62,743 bases of DNA, filler included, from Porpidia crustulata (GCA_964255105.1; 6 parts of 6 records of this genome joined end to end with filler, not necessarily neighbours in it), one strand, 5' to 3'. Positions 11,796-25,599 are shown, numbered from the whole stretch's first letter. A program made the numbers and translations. Notes: generated from the letters alone by a model not told the origin.

Positions 11796-14700
11796 CTACT
11801 TTGCCAATGCCTGAAAGCTTACATCGTTTGCAGCTAGCTGCGACTCGCTATTAGCGTTCTCTCTCGAAGAGGAATTTGCATCATATTTCGAAAGGAGGTC
11901 GATAATTTTTTCTTTTATGATAAGATCGTCGTGGTTGAGCCAGTCTGGGTGCGCCCAAACAATATTCCAGACTTCTGCACCAACGTGAGCTCCATGCTGC
12001 AGTAGCATATCTACGATTTCTTCATGAAGAAACTTGACAGCAAATTCCAGGGGAGTGGATACGGGATGGTGCCTATACTCCATGATGTGGCTGCGATGGT
12101 TTACATTGGCCTTGTGCTCAAGCAGTAGGCTCACAATTTTCGGGTTTCCTCCAGACACTGCGTGCTGCAATGCCGTCCCAACTTCGCCTTCGATATCGAC
12201 CTCAGCGCCATGGTGAAGCAAGAGGTTCACTATTTCTTCATCATTGGAGCGGACTGCCGATGTCAGTGGAGGGAGGAAGCTTCGGGGATCACCCACTGCG
12301 GAGACAAGGCTGTAAAGGTTTACATCGGCTTTGTGTTCAAGCAGTAGGCTCACAATTTTTAGGTCGCCTTTCAAGACTGCTTGCCGTATTGCTGTCCCAG
12401 CATCGGTTTTGGAATCAACATCAGCGCCATGCCGAAGCAGTAGATCCACGACCACTGGTTGCGTTTATCAATCGCGATCATTAATGGGGTGATTCCGCGC
12501 TGGGAGAAGTTGACTGAAGCGCCACTTCGTAGCAGTAACTCCACGATGGCCTCATGATTCTGTCGAACCGCCTCGACCAATGCGCTAATGCCAAATAACA
12601 AGTCAATTGTGCTATTTATTTGCGCACCGTTGTCGAGTAGCTTCTGGACTAACAATAGATGGCCGCCCCATGAAGCTGACGACAAAGCGGTACTATGATC
12701 TGACGATGAGCTATTGATATGTGCCCCATTCTTGAGTAAGTGGAGAACTTCTTTGACATGACCAATAGCTGCGGCGGCAGAACGAGGATGACTCTCATCC
12801 TCGTATTTGGCCGACTGCATCATATACTCTACCATGCAATCAATACCACCGGGTATTAATATCTCCAGTGACGTAGGGTAACATATAAACGTGTTCAGCT
12901 CAAGGGCATTTTTTAATAGCATTCTAACGGCAGGCTCTTACCCGTGAGAAGCCGCCGATTTGACCGCCGGATAGTCAACTAGCTCAACAGCTTCCCCAGC
13001 TGCGTCCAGAAGAATCTGCGATGTTTCGGCATGGCCGCTCTTTGCTGCAAGGTCAATTAGAGTGACTGCGCTAGGTGTAAGTTTATTCTTGTTCTGGGTG
13101 TTGTGGTCTAGTAATAGTTTCACGATCCTAGTATGACTTCGTGATGAAGCAATCTTTAGAGCGTCACTGCTATCCGCTACACGGCGGTTGGATTTATCTT
13201 TGATTCCAATATTCACATTGGCACCCATTTGTATGATCAGTTTCGCCATCTCCTCTTCATTATTTTCTGCAATATAATGAATTGCTGCCATCCCTTTTTC
13301 GTCACGAAATTCAAGATCTTTTATACTTCCCATGGTTGTTTGAAGACCTTTCAGCGCTTCAAGATTTCTTTTCTTGACGGCTCGCAAGAGGAAGCCATTG
13401 TGTCTACGCGGAAACACCGACAGATCATTTGAAAGGTTTCTGACAGACACAAAATCGTCAAGATCAATAGCCTCTTCAAGAGCTTCAGTTAAAGACGCAC
13501 GCTGTATTTTGGGGAAGTTGATTCCTGGCTGTCGTAAGTCATAATCAGCCAGATGCGTGGCTAAAGCCTGCCTAGTTGGGAAGCCAAGGATTGCATAATC
13601 GCATCCTCGGTGTTCGCAACGTAATCGGCTTCGATGTCTTTTCTGATGCTCGTCCCTTGCTTTTTTGCTTGTGAACCCGTGCATATATCGAGGACAAGCT
13701 ATGACCGAGCACTTATAAACGTCAGAGCCGTAAGCTTCGATCAACAAGCATGACTGTTGATCTTTCGCCGTCGACAATCTCTCAATTATGATTCGGACAT
13801 TTGTGAGACTTCGCAACAAGTATGGTAAGGAATCTTGACTGAGAATCAGCACTCCGCTGATTAGCTTTCATAAGAGACCAACAGCTTACCTTGATGCTCT
13901 TCTTCGTTAGACAGGGAATAGACGGTTTCGTAGCTCTTCTTCACAAGAGTAAGGTCTGGCTGAGACTCCTGATGATGACCTATTCGACCATGTATTCGAC
14001 TCGAAACTCCCTCTCGGTATGAAGACAATTCAGCGTGTAGCGAAGCCAGAAGCCAACAAGATTTATTTAGAGAAGCAATTTCCGCATTTTCGTCACTCAT
14101 GCCCAGGTTCCTCGAGCAGTTAGAATGATCGAGCCAATGGAGCGTCGCATATTCTTGGAATGCAAAAGCGCCCGCGCTGACAAGATCTCTGAGGTCTTCA
14201 TCCTTCATGACAGTGCTGAACATCTCAAAGGTCAGATAGGTGGCGCATAGATTTGCCATCCGAAGTTCTGCAGTAAGCATGTCAATATATGGGCCACTAT
14301 GATATTGGATCAAATATCTGCGGCACATTAGCTTATGACTATAATTAGGAGAAGAAGTCTATTCACTGCTTAGCAGTTGGATGGACCAAGCTGACAATGT
14401 CATCGTCATGTACTTCCACCAAAGGTCCACAAAGCTCACTAAAAGGCGTTAGTGACTTTCGCTTCGCGAAGTCTACACTCTTGTCACGGAGTTGTATAGA
14501 AAGCGCCCCTTGGATCTCGTGGACTTTCAATGGTCTTCGGGTCGTTATAATAATTTCCAAGACCCGCAATATTCGCTGTTGACTTTTTCCGGCTCGGGTT
14601 TTGCGAAGGCGCCCAAGAATTCGGCCGTAACTAGAGGTGTTAGGGTTCATTAGATTTAACCGGGGAGACCGTATCAATCAGCTTACGCCTCATCAATGCC

Positions 14701-16472
14701 CGTCGGGAGGGTATCAGTATCGAGCTCTTCCTCCAAGTCTTCAACGCTATCTTGATCCATAAGATTATCCATGATCAATCGGGTCAGAAGGAACATTCCT
14801 GATAACATCAGCGGCTTTCTAGTCTCACGCCATAAGTGTGAACACACCATCTGGTTTGCTCAATATGCCACTTGTGAGAATTGTCTGCTTCTCAGGACCA
14901 TATCCAAATTTTCTGCACAGATCGGATGACCTGGTATGAACATAGTTCTGTATATCTTGACTAACATGAGAGTGTTTGATATCGAAGCGAACGGCGGATC
15001 TGAGTGACTCATTAATATCGTTCATTCTTTGGCTTGTCAGAAAGACCTTAACATTTGCTGTTGAACTAGAAGCTTTCAATATTTTGTGCATCAAGTTTAA
15101 TATCAACTGCCTGTCTACTCCTTCACACTCGTCCAGACCATCGATACCAATAAAAAGCAGGTTGTGTGTTGTGGCTAAATTCTCCAAAATGTCATGATAA
15201 GTTTTGAAAATGGTCGGGTGGCGTTCGCCACTTCCAACAGCCACTTCATGAAGATAGTCGAGAGATACCGGATTTAGATGCAGAAGTTGTGCGATCAAAC
15301 TTCTAGCCATCTGATCAAACGATCTTCTGGCAGGGTCACGACTTTTGCAGTAAAAGTAGATTACTTGAGACTGAGGTCTCAATACACTAATCTCATCCAC
15401 AATGGAACTAAAAAGAACTGTTTTTCCTGCACCAGGAATGCCACAGACCCAGAATATGGTTTTCGTGCAGTCGTCACCATGTAGCTATTTGAGTAAGCAG
15501 ACTTCCTTGTATATCCACCGCGTAATGCGAGGAAATTGGATCCGCTTTCTTTGAAGTTCTTCATGGTCAGTTGAACATGAAGTTGGCGACAGCCAATCAA
15601 AGACCGTTAGCGTTCGATCTTTCTTGATCTGCTCTGACAGCGCTTGGAACTCCATTGTAAATAGATGTCGAGCCTGCTGAGCTTCGTGAAAGTGTGCAAT
15701 GTTCGCTGACTGTAGCAGTAGTTCCTTCGATCTCTCTAGTTTTTTTAAAACGTCCCCAAATAAATCTCCAAATGGATGGAGTGTGACTTTGAATGTCAAT
15801 CTCCACGCTGAGCGAAACAAGTAGGCACCTTCGTCAGCACAAACAAGCTTCGTGGATTATCACTTGGGAAACTGACTGCCCTGTTTAAAGAAGATGATAG
15901 CACGCTTGTGAAATTCCAAGACATCTTCGTATACATTGACGAGGACTTGCTGCACATGAGCGTTGTCGGAGAATAATTGGTCAATCATTACGACCGATGG
16001 GAAAGATTTTCCTATTTTCTCGTGTGCATCGAGAAGGGCGTCAAATGCTTCCGTAACCTTTGACGCAATCTAGAATACTCAAAATTGTTAAAATATCCCG
16101 GGTACACCAATATGGTCCTGAGGGGAAGTTTTCTACGTGGAGGCATAATTTGATTGGACCCTTTGATAGTCTATGTCAGCGATAAGTTCAGACACCATGA
16201 GTAGGGTCACGAACCCAGATACAGGCCAGAATATCCGGTTTTGCGGCAACGAATACTTCAATAACTTTAGCATATTGTGCAAGGCCATTCAGAAATGGTC
16301 GGATCTTGGTGAGATTCTGAGAACCACGTCGCCTGGCTTGCTCTTTTTGGATTTCCGTGATATCTTGCTTGAGATCATCGAACGTTGTCAAGCTAAAGGC
16401 ATCAATGTCCTGCGATGAGAGACGAGTCCGAAAGGAGGCTACTACGCGGGAAAACCCCGAATGATCATTCAT
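11796..16472 (-). pseudogene. NLR-like gene: helical N-terminal domain, NACHT NTPase, winged helix, C2H2 zinc fingers, ankyrin repeats; disrupted
   Basis: Walker A WVCGIPGAGKT and Walker B IGIDGLDEC. Post-NACHT LCGPLVEV..SLVHPTAKQYL. C2H2-like CSVIAC..F..K..RDEHQKRH and CEHRGC..F....L..H. Many ankyrin repeats (TALQHAVSGGNPKIVSLLLEHKANVN). Lesions: in-frame TAG at 15485-15487, in-frame TAA at 12938-12940, frameshift near 12455. Confidence 0.85.
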
Positions 16473-17195
16473 ATTCGACAGCTGAGGTGCGCTGTAGTGT
16501 GGATCTGATGTCTTCCGAAATGTGTAGATGAGATACGAAGAAAGTCTCCTCGATTGCGATCTTCTCTAGGATTGTTTCGACATAAGCAATATGTGAGCGA
16601 CTCCAATCGCTGGTCCTAGGATTCCAGCTCGTTTGAGGGCCAGCGCTGCTACGAGCTCATCTCATTGATAGGCCTGCGCACTTGCGAATGAGGGAGATGA
16701 CCTGTCGTCCGTGGCTGTGTATACCTATTAGTTGTGCGCAGCCTTGCCGGTGTAGACATAGGCGGGCCTAGCTCGGAAGGGTTCGGAATTTGTGCTCGCA
16801 TGCTGGAAACACAGAAAATACAGATTATACATACAATATCTTGTTATGATGAAGTAAAACCAAGCGCACGAATATTTTTGACACACATTCTCTGCACATG
16901 CTGTGTAGATTCTGTTTGTATTCTGTGTATTCGACTCTAGACTAGACGAGATATAGATGTGTTTCGACTCTTGTTCGTCTTGTGCCGAGAGGTCAAGCTC
17001 AGCCGAGCTGTGACCCCAGACATAGCCTGCACATATTGTCGATACTGTAGCTTAGCCACGACCTTTCGTGTGTTCACCGACTGAAAGAAGAAGCAAATGT
17101 GGCAGACTGAGGCTGAGCACTGAGGCCACAGCACCTTTATAGCTCCTCATAGCTGCCGACTTTGCGTATGAGCTGCTCACCCTCCTCGACCGACA

Positions 17196-20100
17196 ATGGA
17201 TGCCGCATTGGGACTTCCTGAAGCTTCTAACCACAATCGCCCCGCTAAGCGAAGGAAATTGTTGGCCGTCTCACCCACGATACAAAGGTCAGACCACCTT
17301 GAGAATGAGATAAGTCCTCGTCAGCTCGATCACCATAGGTATGAAAGCAATGATGACACAGGCGATGGGGGGATAGTTGAAGATGTTTTGAAGTTTGGAT
17401 GTCATTCTAGTTCAATCGCTACTCCAAGCGCATCGGACCGAGCCGACAGCGGACTCCTTGAAGTGGTCAAAGCTGGTCCTGGGAAATCAAGCCCACAATC
17501 AGAGCGCTGTTTCGGTATGGTGCGTTCATCGATATGAGTATCTGTTCTCGAAAACTAAGATGACACGGTCCATAGATTGTAGATGCCAGTGTCGCGCCTT
17601 TGGCGAAATCAAAACTACCAAAGGACATTGGGTTGAGAGTCGCTCTGCGCTTGAGAATTAGAGCGGATGCGGTCACCTTACTGTCATCCCAGTCTAGAGA
17701 GATTGGTGTGCTTGACTTAAGAACAGCTAAAGCATTGTCTATACTACTGAAAGATAATCCATCGCTTGAATTTGAAGCCTTTGTGGATCAAGACCAGCCG
17801 CAACGACCGATGTCTAAAGAGAAAGCCATGGAAGTCATTCCACTTTGTATAAATGTATATGGTCCAATCGTCTGTTTTGAAAAAGTGAGATCTGCTTTGT
17901 CCGAGATTTCGGTTTACTTACAAGAGCCGTTTTATGTTCGTCCAACGTCTATATATCATAATCCTCACTTCCTCAATTTCGACGATACAATAACGCCTCG
18001 ATTCCTGAATTTCAACTCATCTTCACAACTGGATTTTACCACCGAGGTCGATGCCATATTTGAGCGTTCAGGGGCATTGGTTCCATCAGATACCGTACCG
18101 CAAGATCAGAGGATTCGGACACAACTCCAAGAGTATGATCTTAGCAATTTTTCCAGTTATTAAAATCTAATATCTGCTTGGAACCTTAGGCAACAGCTGT
18201 CCGCGTTACAATTCTTGGTTGCTCGGGAAGAGGAGTACAGTTGTAATGGACAAATTTCACTTTGGAAGCAAGAGTGTCAATATGGTAGAGACGTGTCAGT
18301 GGCCAGTTGGATTGCCTCCCCCAGAGAAGATCTCACTTTTCTAATTGTGTCCACATAGCTTCACTCATATGATAACACAGGAAATAAGGCACGAAAAGCC
18401 GTGCGAAGCTCGTGGCGGATTATTAGCAGATAAGATGGGGGCTGGCAAATCCCTCATAGCACTCGCAGTCATGATGCACACGTTAGACGAGGCTCGTTCC
18501 ACGTCCTGTGACTCTCGACAGCTCGCTTTCGATAGCCAGCGAAGACCATGGTCAAGAACTACACTCATCATCGCCCCTAAGTCAAGTAATTTCCTCATCA
18601 AATCCTTGGGAATTACCAAGCGCTTGCTTACGTTTTTCGTTAGCATTGTATAATTGGGGTATGGAGATAAAGAAGTAAGTCTATGAACGAAGTCTCAACC
18701 AGAGCCACTTCTTCTAACTTCTAGACATATAATCCCAGGTACTTTGAAGGTGCATGTCTTCCATGGAGCAGGGACCGCTGTAGACCATCACTTCCTCAAA
18801 GGAAACGACGTAGTGCTGACTACTTATGAAACTGCAATGCTTGATCATTCTAGAGGCGGGCTTCTTCGAGACATATCATGGTTCCGAGTGGTGCTGGACG
18901 AAGGTGATGAAAATTGTCAATTTTAAGTAAAAAACCCTGGCTCACTTAGATGTTGATAGCGCACCAAATCCGGAATCGATCCACGAAGACTTTCCGAGCA
19001 ATCATGGCTTTACAAACCCAGAGACGATGGTGCCTGACGGGGACGCCAGTGCAAAATAAGCTTGATGATCTATTTTCTTTGACGGAGTTCTTACGGGTTT
19101 ACCCTATTGACAATGACTCGAATGCGCGGCAATATATACTTGGCCCCCTCGGAAACAAAGACCCGCATGTTTTAAGTCATCTCCGCTCTATCATGACCAC
19201 TATGGCGTTGAGGAGAACAAAAGTACTCGTACAAGGTCAATGCCGGCTTGAACGCGTGGAGACCGTGATATTATCGCCAGAAGAACGCGAAAAATATTGC
19301 GAGGTCCTTTCTCAGGCTAATGAGATGCTTGGTCATGTCTCCCAAATAGTATCCAGTAATTTACTGGGGTATCTACTCAAGCTGAGGCAAATCTGCAGTC
19401 GTGGGCTTCATAATAGTTCATGGGGTCATACAGTCAATTTATCTACTTGCACGCAGTGTGGCGATGCGTTATCCAAATCAGTACACAAAGAGGTGCAAAC
19501 GGTCTTGCAAGACCAATTGTGCTACGATTGTGAACTTGCTGCCAGCGGTACGATATTAACTTTAGGTCGATCTCGCGGCACTCTATCAGGCCGTAAAATA
19601 AAATACTCAGCGACAGGGACCAGTACCGACACAGACACAATATCACCAAGCAATGATAGCTTGAACGACGATTACCTAATTCGAGAGGAGCCAACTTTTA
19701 GAACGCGCGAAAAGTCCTCTAAGCTAGAGAAAGTTCTGTCAAACCTGAGGGAGCTCCAGCAAAACTCTAAAGACAGTCATGATCCCATAAAGAGGTAAGC
19801 TCAGAATGCCATACTTGTTAGACTTTGCTGATACATGCTTAGCCTTGTCTTTTCATGTTGGACTACAACACTGGACTGCTTAGAAAGTGCTCTCGCCAAC
19901 CACAATATGAACTTCGTCCGTATCGATGGTAGTCACTCGTTGGAAGAAAGAGCAAGAAATATAGACAGATTCCAATCTCACCCAGCAACCAGGATTATGT
20001 TGCTTTCAACGGGATGCGGTTCCACAGGGTATTAATACTCCATAAGCCCAAGTCCCAGGCAAAAACAACTCGACTAACTCGCGGTAGCCTGAACCTGACA

Positions 20101-20480
20101 GCCGCAACATACGTGCACATTATCGAGCCCCAATGGAACCCCATGGTCGAAGCCCAAGCGGCCGCACGCATCGACCGTCTCGATCAGACCAAAGACATTG
20201 TCATCATTAGATATATAGTCGAGCATTCAATTGAGGAGGTTCGTCGTCGACACAAATATCATTTATGATGGGAGATTGAACAGAATTGACGTGTCCGTAT
20301 CCAGAGAATCCGAGCAAGACAACGTAATAAGATCCTGATCGCAGAGCTTTCCGTGTCGCAAATGTCCGCCGATCCTGTCGTTGAGGATATCTTGAGCGAG
20401 ATTAAAGTAGGTGTCTTTCACGTGTGGAAGATGGGGCTAAGTCGCTGACTCGATCTTAGGGGATGGAGGGGTTGATATGA
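17196..20480 (+). CDS. SNF2-family helicase/ATPase, Rad5/Rad16-like subfamily, multi-exon
   Basis: Motif I GGLLADKMGAGKS; Ia TLIIAPKS; II WFRVVLDE|AHQIRN (split by an intron); III RWCLTGTPVQN; ALRRTK; KSSKL; LVFSCWTTTLD; FVRIDGS; GSTG|LNLTAATYVHIIEPQWNPMVEAQA. Short GT-AG introns appear to restore the frame. Confidence 0.9.
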
Positions 20481-20869
20481 ACAAGTCCGATCCGAGGCCT
20501 ATTTGAATCGCTGTATGTCTTGGTATTCTTGTTTAGCGAAGCTCTGTTATCAATGACTTTTGAGGCAAGTCACAGCGAGACTTCCACTTTTGTCCTATTG
20601 ACTGATTTGCTAACCGGGCCCCAGCGAATTATAGGAGACGTATAAAGCCACAGTCCCGACTTATGCATTTACGACATGGGTGTGGCAAGACTATATATAC
20701 GAGTCGAATTTCCATCAATGTATTACAAAATCACATAAAGAACCACCAAACAACAAAATCCCATATTGAAAACCCCAGGATATAACCCTCGCAGTAATTC
20801 AGCCCACACGATCCTCCTTACACTCCGACCCGAATCGTCCAACCCCAGTCCCCTTCCCCGTCCAAAAGC

Positions 20870-20969
20870 NNNNNNNNNNNNNNNNNNNNNNNNNNNNNNN
20901 NNNNNNNNNNNNNTTAATTAATTAANNNNNNNNNNNNNNNNNNNNNNNNNNNNNNNNNNNNNNNNNNNN
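20870..20969. other. Artificial contig spacer
   Basis: N44-TTAATTAATTAA-N44. Confidence 0.98.
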
Positions 20970-21061
20970 GGTGGAGGTGGTGTGCTGGCGAAGCGCCGAA
21001 TCGAGGATATGGAGGATGGGGAATGGTGGGTTGGTGAAGTGCCTGGAGAGACGGCGACGGA

Positions 21062-24000
21062 TCATTGCGTTGGAGGTCTGGACCAAAAGTCAAGGCTTGC
21101 CACGACGTCTTGACCGTCGTCTTCTTCGTAGGCGTATAGGATCTAAGCTCAATCGTCAGATGCTGCTACATAATGCTACCACGTCTGTAGGGGGAACGAA
21201 TACCTCTCTCGTCGACGAATGCAGCATGCGGATATTCTTCCCCGTGATGATATGCACCAAAACACTCGTCTCCAAATGCCTGATCTCGATGAAACTCTGA
21301 TCGAACGCGAGTAGGTACGGATGGGACAGTGCAAAAGTCTGCGGTTTGCCTTCCCACGCGATGAGCCAGTCCGGTCGAGCTCGCCATCCATTCCGATTGA
21401 CGAAGAAAGAAAATTCCGAGTAGTGCAAGAGGAATTCCCCGTTGAGCCGTTCGATGGAAATGGGCATGTTGTCCTTGCGGGTGACGAAATCCAAAGAGGT
21501 ATCCGCGAGGTCCAGGAGAGGTTGTGTTTCTAGAGTTTCTAGGCTAACGACTTCAAAGCCCCGAGCGCATGCGACGCAGAGTTTGGATTTCAGATAGTTC
21601 ACGGCAGTGGCTTCTGCCGGGACGTAGAACTCCTACGACCAGATCAGCTTGTCCTTGGAACTACGATAGAGAACAAACCTTGAACGGTTTCAAAGCATCC
21701 TGACCGCCCTGGAAAATCCTTGGAATCGCTCCTTTCCTATTACCCTTTGACACAGTATCCATTGGCTCATACACTTTGATGGTGGTTGAAATTCCCGACA
21801 TCTTGGCTGTGCATACCAGATGCCTACCCATACATACCCCAGCAGTGAAGAATTGAGAATGATTCTGAATCTTTCTAGGTCTCTTTGCGAGTGGTGATTG
21901 ACTTTCATTAGGATCCAACACTTCCAAGGGATATGAGATCAGCGACTTGCTAGCAAGTATAAGAAGAAGTTGATACTCTTCCAAAACATCAATTTGGGTC
22001 ACATTGCCGATTTCTATCATACGCCTTGGTCTGGCATCTGGTGTCTTTGGCCGACGATCTGAAATCCAAACACCGTGATCCGTCCCGAAAACAAGCTTAC
22101 GTCCTCCGTCTAGATTGCAAGTCAGTCGATAGGCATATTCAAATTCCAGGGTAATCTCACCAATGGGTACGAGGCAGTTAACGCCATGTGCGCTTGTGAA
22201 GAAGTTGTCAGACAGCACAGTTTTTGTGTAAAAAGTTCCGCGATCTCGAAGCTTGCTCTGTTGCCCTTCAATATTTTCCATCCATTTCCGTCTTTGAACT
22301 TGCGAAAGGGCATAGAGTGTGATCTCATACCCTCCTTTACCGATGTGTTTGATAGTTATGGGATAGCCTTCTTTCGTGCCCGCCATAGGTTTTGGGCCAG
22401 TCATGGCTGCCTTGGCTGCTCCGGGAATGAGACTTGAAGATGGTCTCTTGGCTATGCCTAGCTTAGGGATCACCTCATCCATCTGGGTTATAACCAAAAG
22501 CTCGAGAGGAATCGGCTTCCTGTATACTCTCTGCTCATCTGTCTTGTTGACAGTCTTGATCCTCACTAATAAAAGAGCGTGATTGAATAAATACACAAAA
22601 ACCTCGCTAGAGTCCGTGGGCCCTTTCTTCAAAGGTCCTTTGTATACAAGTTCTCGGCCTTCCTCAAGAAGCTTCAAATCGAACTTCTCCCCCGGATTCC
22701 ATTTCAGTTGTTGTGAAAGCTGTCTTAAGTTATGTTGGTTCTCTGCCTTACCTGACTCGGCATTGACCTTTGTCAAAATCTCCTTGATGATGGCAATAAC
22801 TTTTGGAATATCCTGAATATCCGGATTATCCTCGGCCGTGTACTTGAGAACGTTTTCTAGGAGTAATGGGTAACGTGCCAATCTGGTTGTGGGCTTCGTT
22901 AGATAACCGTTGAGTTCCAATTTACGGGATTCTTTTAGGCGCTCTGTTTCGTCAACAAATCGAGAGAATGCAACATTTGATTGCCGCTCCTTCTCAAATT
23001 CGTATTTACCGTTTAATTGGTTGGCTCCGTATTGTATGAACGGATCGAAGCGAGGGACAAAGCTGAGGAATATGTCTCCCACATTCTTCACTACAGGATT
23101 TTCTTGTTGTCTCCTTGTCAATTGATCCGCCAGTTTTGAGTTTACGGCATGCACCTCCATACAATTGGAAAACACCTCCCGGATAAACTTTTCCCGACGC
23201 TGCTCGGGGATTGGAGATGGGTTGGCTGGGTTTGAGGAGCGTAATGGTTTCATCCAAAAGTCCCTAAGATACTCCAAATCCTTCACAAAATCACGTTCCG
23301 TATACATGAGCTCGGAAATCACCTCCTGTCGCTTCTTCTCACGATCTCCGACGCTGTCAGCGATTTCTTTCGATACCGTATTGATCCAAAGTTTCTGTTC
23401 ATCATTCTCATCGGCGTGCAAACTCGATGAAGATTGCTGTCGTCTCAAGCCAGGCTGAGGCTTCAGATTTAGGCGCGATTGTTGCTCCATACGTCGAGGG
23501 CAGGCAATTGAGTAGCAAAGCCGATCTTTTGTGCAAGTTGGTGAATAGCATTCAGTCAATAGTGTGAAAACCCCGTTGACGTTTGTAGACGTATCCTCCA
23601 TCAATGACTCGCGAAATTGATATATCTCAGTCGAAGAATCTCGAAGTCGATGATCATATGTGACGTCGTGAAAGAACTTTTGCGCATCAAGTGCACGTCC
23701 AAGCAGCAAAGCCAAATTTCGATCTGTGGTTTTGATAATGTAGGCGATAAGGTCTACGGCCTCGGCACCTGTGAAGGCAAACTTGTAAGAGAGATCGTTC
23801 TTATTACGATCTCCAGCTGCTATCCGTTCCCGGAACACGTCTGCCACTCGAGATAGAAGAGCAGGGTACACTAAAGGTGCCCTTGTTTGTGCAGTAACGG
23901 TACTATTACTAGATGATGATACACCATTTTTCATAGAAGGTCTATGCTGTAGCGAATTATTACGCTCGGACGGCGCGATTGTAGAAGCCATGGACATGGT

Positions 24001-24933
24001 ACGTGATTGAGTATTTCCTTGTAGACTTGTTGTCCTGTCCGTCGGAGTACGTGTGTCCGCAGGGTACCCATTTGACGATGAATGGCTGTAGGGCGCGGCT
24101 GAGGCTGGCAGCTCCGCTATTGAACCATCCTGTCCTGACTCGCGCCTTCTGTTCGGTATCACCCTTCCACTCATAGTCTGGTTGTGGTCCCTCTCCGTTG
24201 AAAACGAATTCATCGACATAGCCCTCTCATCATGCCGCTCAGGAACAATGCGGCCTTGTGCGGTGGTCCTAGAGCCCATCGATTGGTAGGGCTGCTGTCG
24301 AAAGGAATTCGCAGAAGCTTGATTGTATGTGGCTGTCTGGGGGCTGTAAGATGACGGTCCTGACATAGCTGCCATGGACCGCGTCCGGTATGGGTCTGAA
24401 TTGAGAGCCGGATCCGTAGGATAGCCACGATTAGGGATCGGCTTGTAGGAGTCTACTAGGTTTGGAGGGTACCCACGGTTGGGTGGAGGTCGATTGTACT
24501 GCGGCTGAGCAGGTTGTCGCGAGTCAATACGCTGCGGTTGAGGATAGGGACGGCGATCTGGGTTTAATGGTTGTGGGAGATGTTGCGGGTGTGGCTGCTG
24601 TTGTACAAGACTGTTGTTTTGCCGTTGGCTCTGATAGTATCCATTTGCTGTGGGAGGAGGATAGCCGCTCTGCTGTTGCCCTATCGGCCCTACCGGTGAC
24701 TGCCTTCGCATAGATGCTGCTATGGAAGCCTGAGGTATCGCGGAGCTCTGCAAATTCATTGTCGACGATCTTTCAGAAAGAAGAGGGGTTGTATCCGATG
24801 TCATCGTCTGAGTTCTTCCAGGTGGCGGAGCGGCGCCAAATATGTTCGAGAAAGCAGCATCTCTCTGATACGGAGAAGCGTGACCATAGTTGTTTGGCCG
24901 AGTGTTCCTGCCCTGTTGGACATAGTCTGCCAT
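21062..24933 (-). CDS. ROM2: Rho1 guanine nucleotide exchange factor (DEP, DH, PH, CNH domains)
   Basis: DEP AFTGAEAVD..DRNLALLLGRALDAQKFFHDV; DH KRQEVISELMYTERDFVKDLEYL and YLTKPTTRLARYPLLL; CNH LCVACARGFEVVSLETL and PYLLAFDQSFIEIRH. Last exon ILYAYEEDDGQDVVASLDFWSRPPTQ* ends at 21062. Confidence 0.95.
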
Positions 24934-25599
24934 TCTTGCTGAAGTGCTTGTGCCTAGTGATTTCTAATATACAATTCCTACGTCTTCGGCAATCGGCAAT
25001 TCCAAGACAGCCAAGTATGAGACAACCTGGCAAAGTTAGCAGTCAGATTCCAACAGCCGTAACCCAGACGTTGTGAAAGATCAGAAAAAGGCTTTGCTCG
25101 GGAATATCCCCGGCGCAGAGAGCACTGTATTTACAACATGCCAAGCCCGTCAGGGTGTTATCCCACAATCTGGGCTCACGGTCTAGAGAAGGCGCAGGGT
25201 TTTCCTCAAGGAGAGAGCAAACCTTGTGGGTTATGTAGAGATCATGTCAATAGTGCCTGTATCATAAAGCACATCATGTGGGGTAGATTGGCAACCTTAC
25301 CTACACGCTTATAGTGGATAGGAATTGAATGGTCAAAGGCGATCAAAAACGGCAAGCGGATCTTCTTGGGGGAACCCTGCAGTGACGTTTCTATTGTACG
25401 CCCATCAATCGATCTTCCACCAAACATTGTGTCTTCAACAGCTTCACCTCCTCTTAGTGGCAACCGTTTACGATCCCGAAGCTTCAGGCAAATTGTCATA
25501 CGGAGCAGGTAACGCTCTGCGACCAGTCCAATATACACGGTCAGGCAGTAGCCACGACCATTTGCCTTCGTTGAATTAATCGAAGTATCACATCCCACC

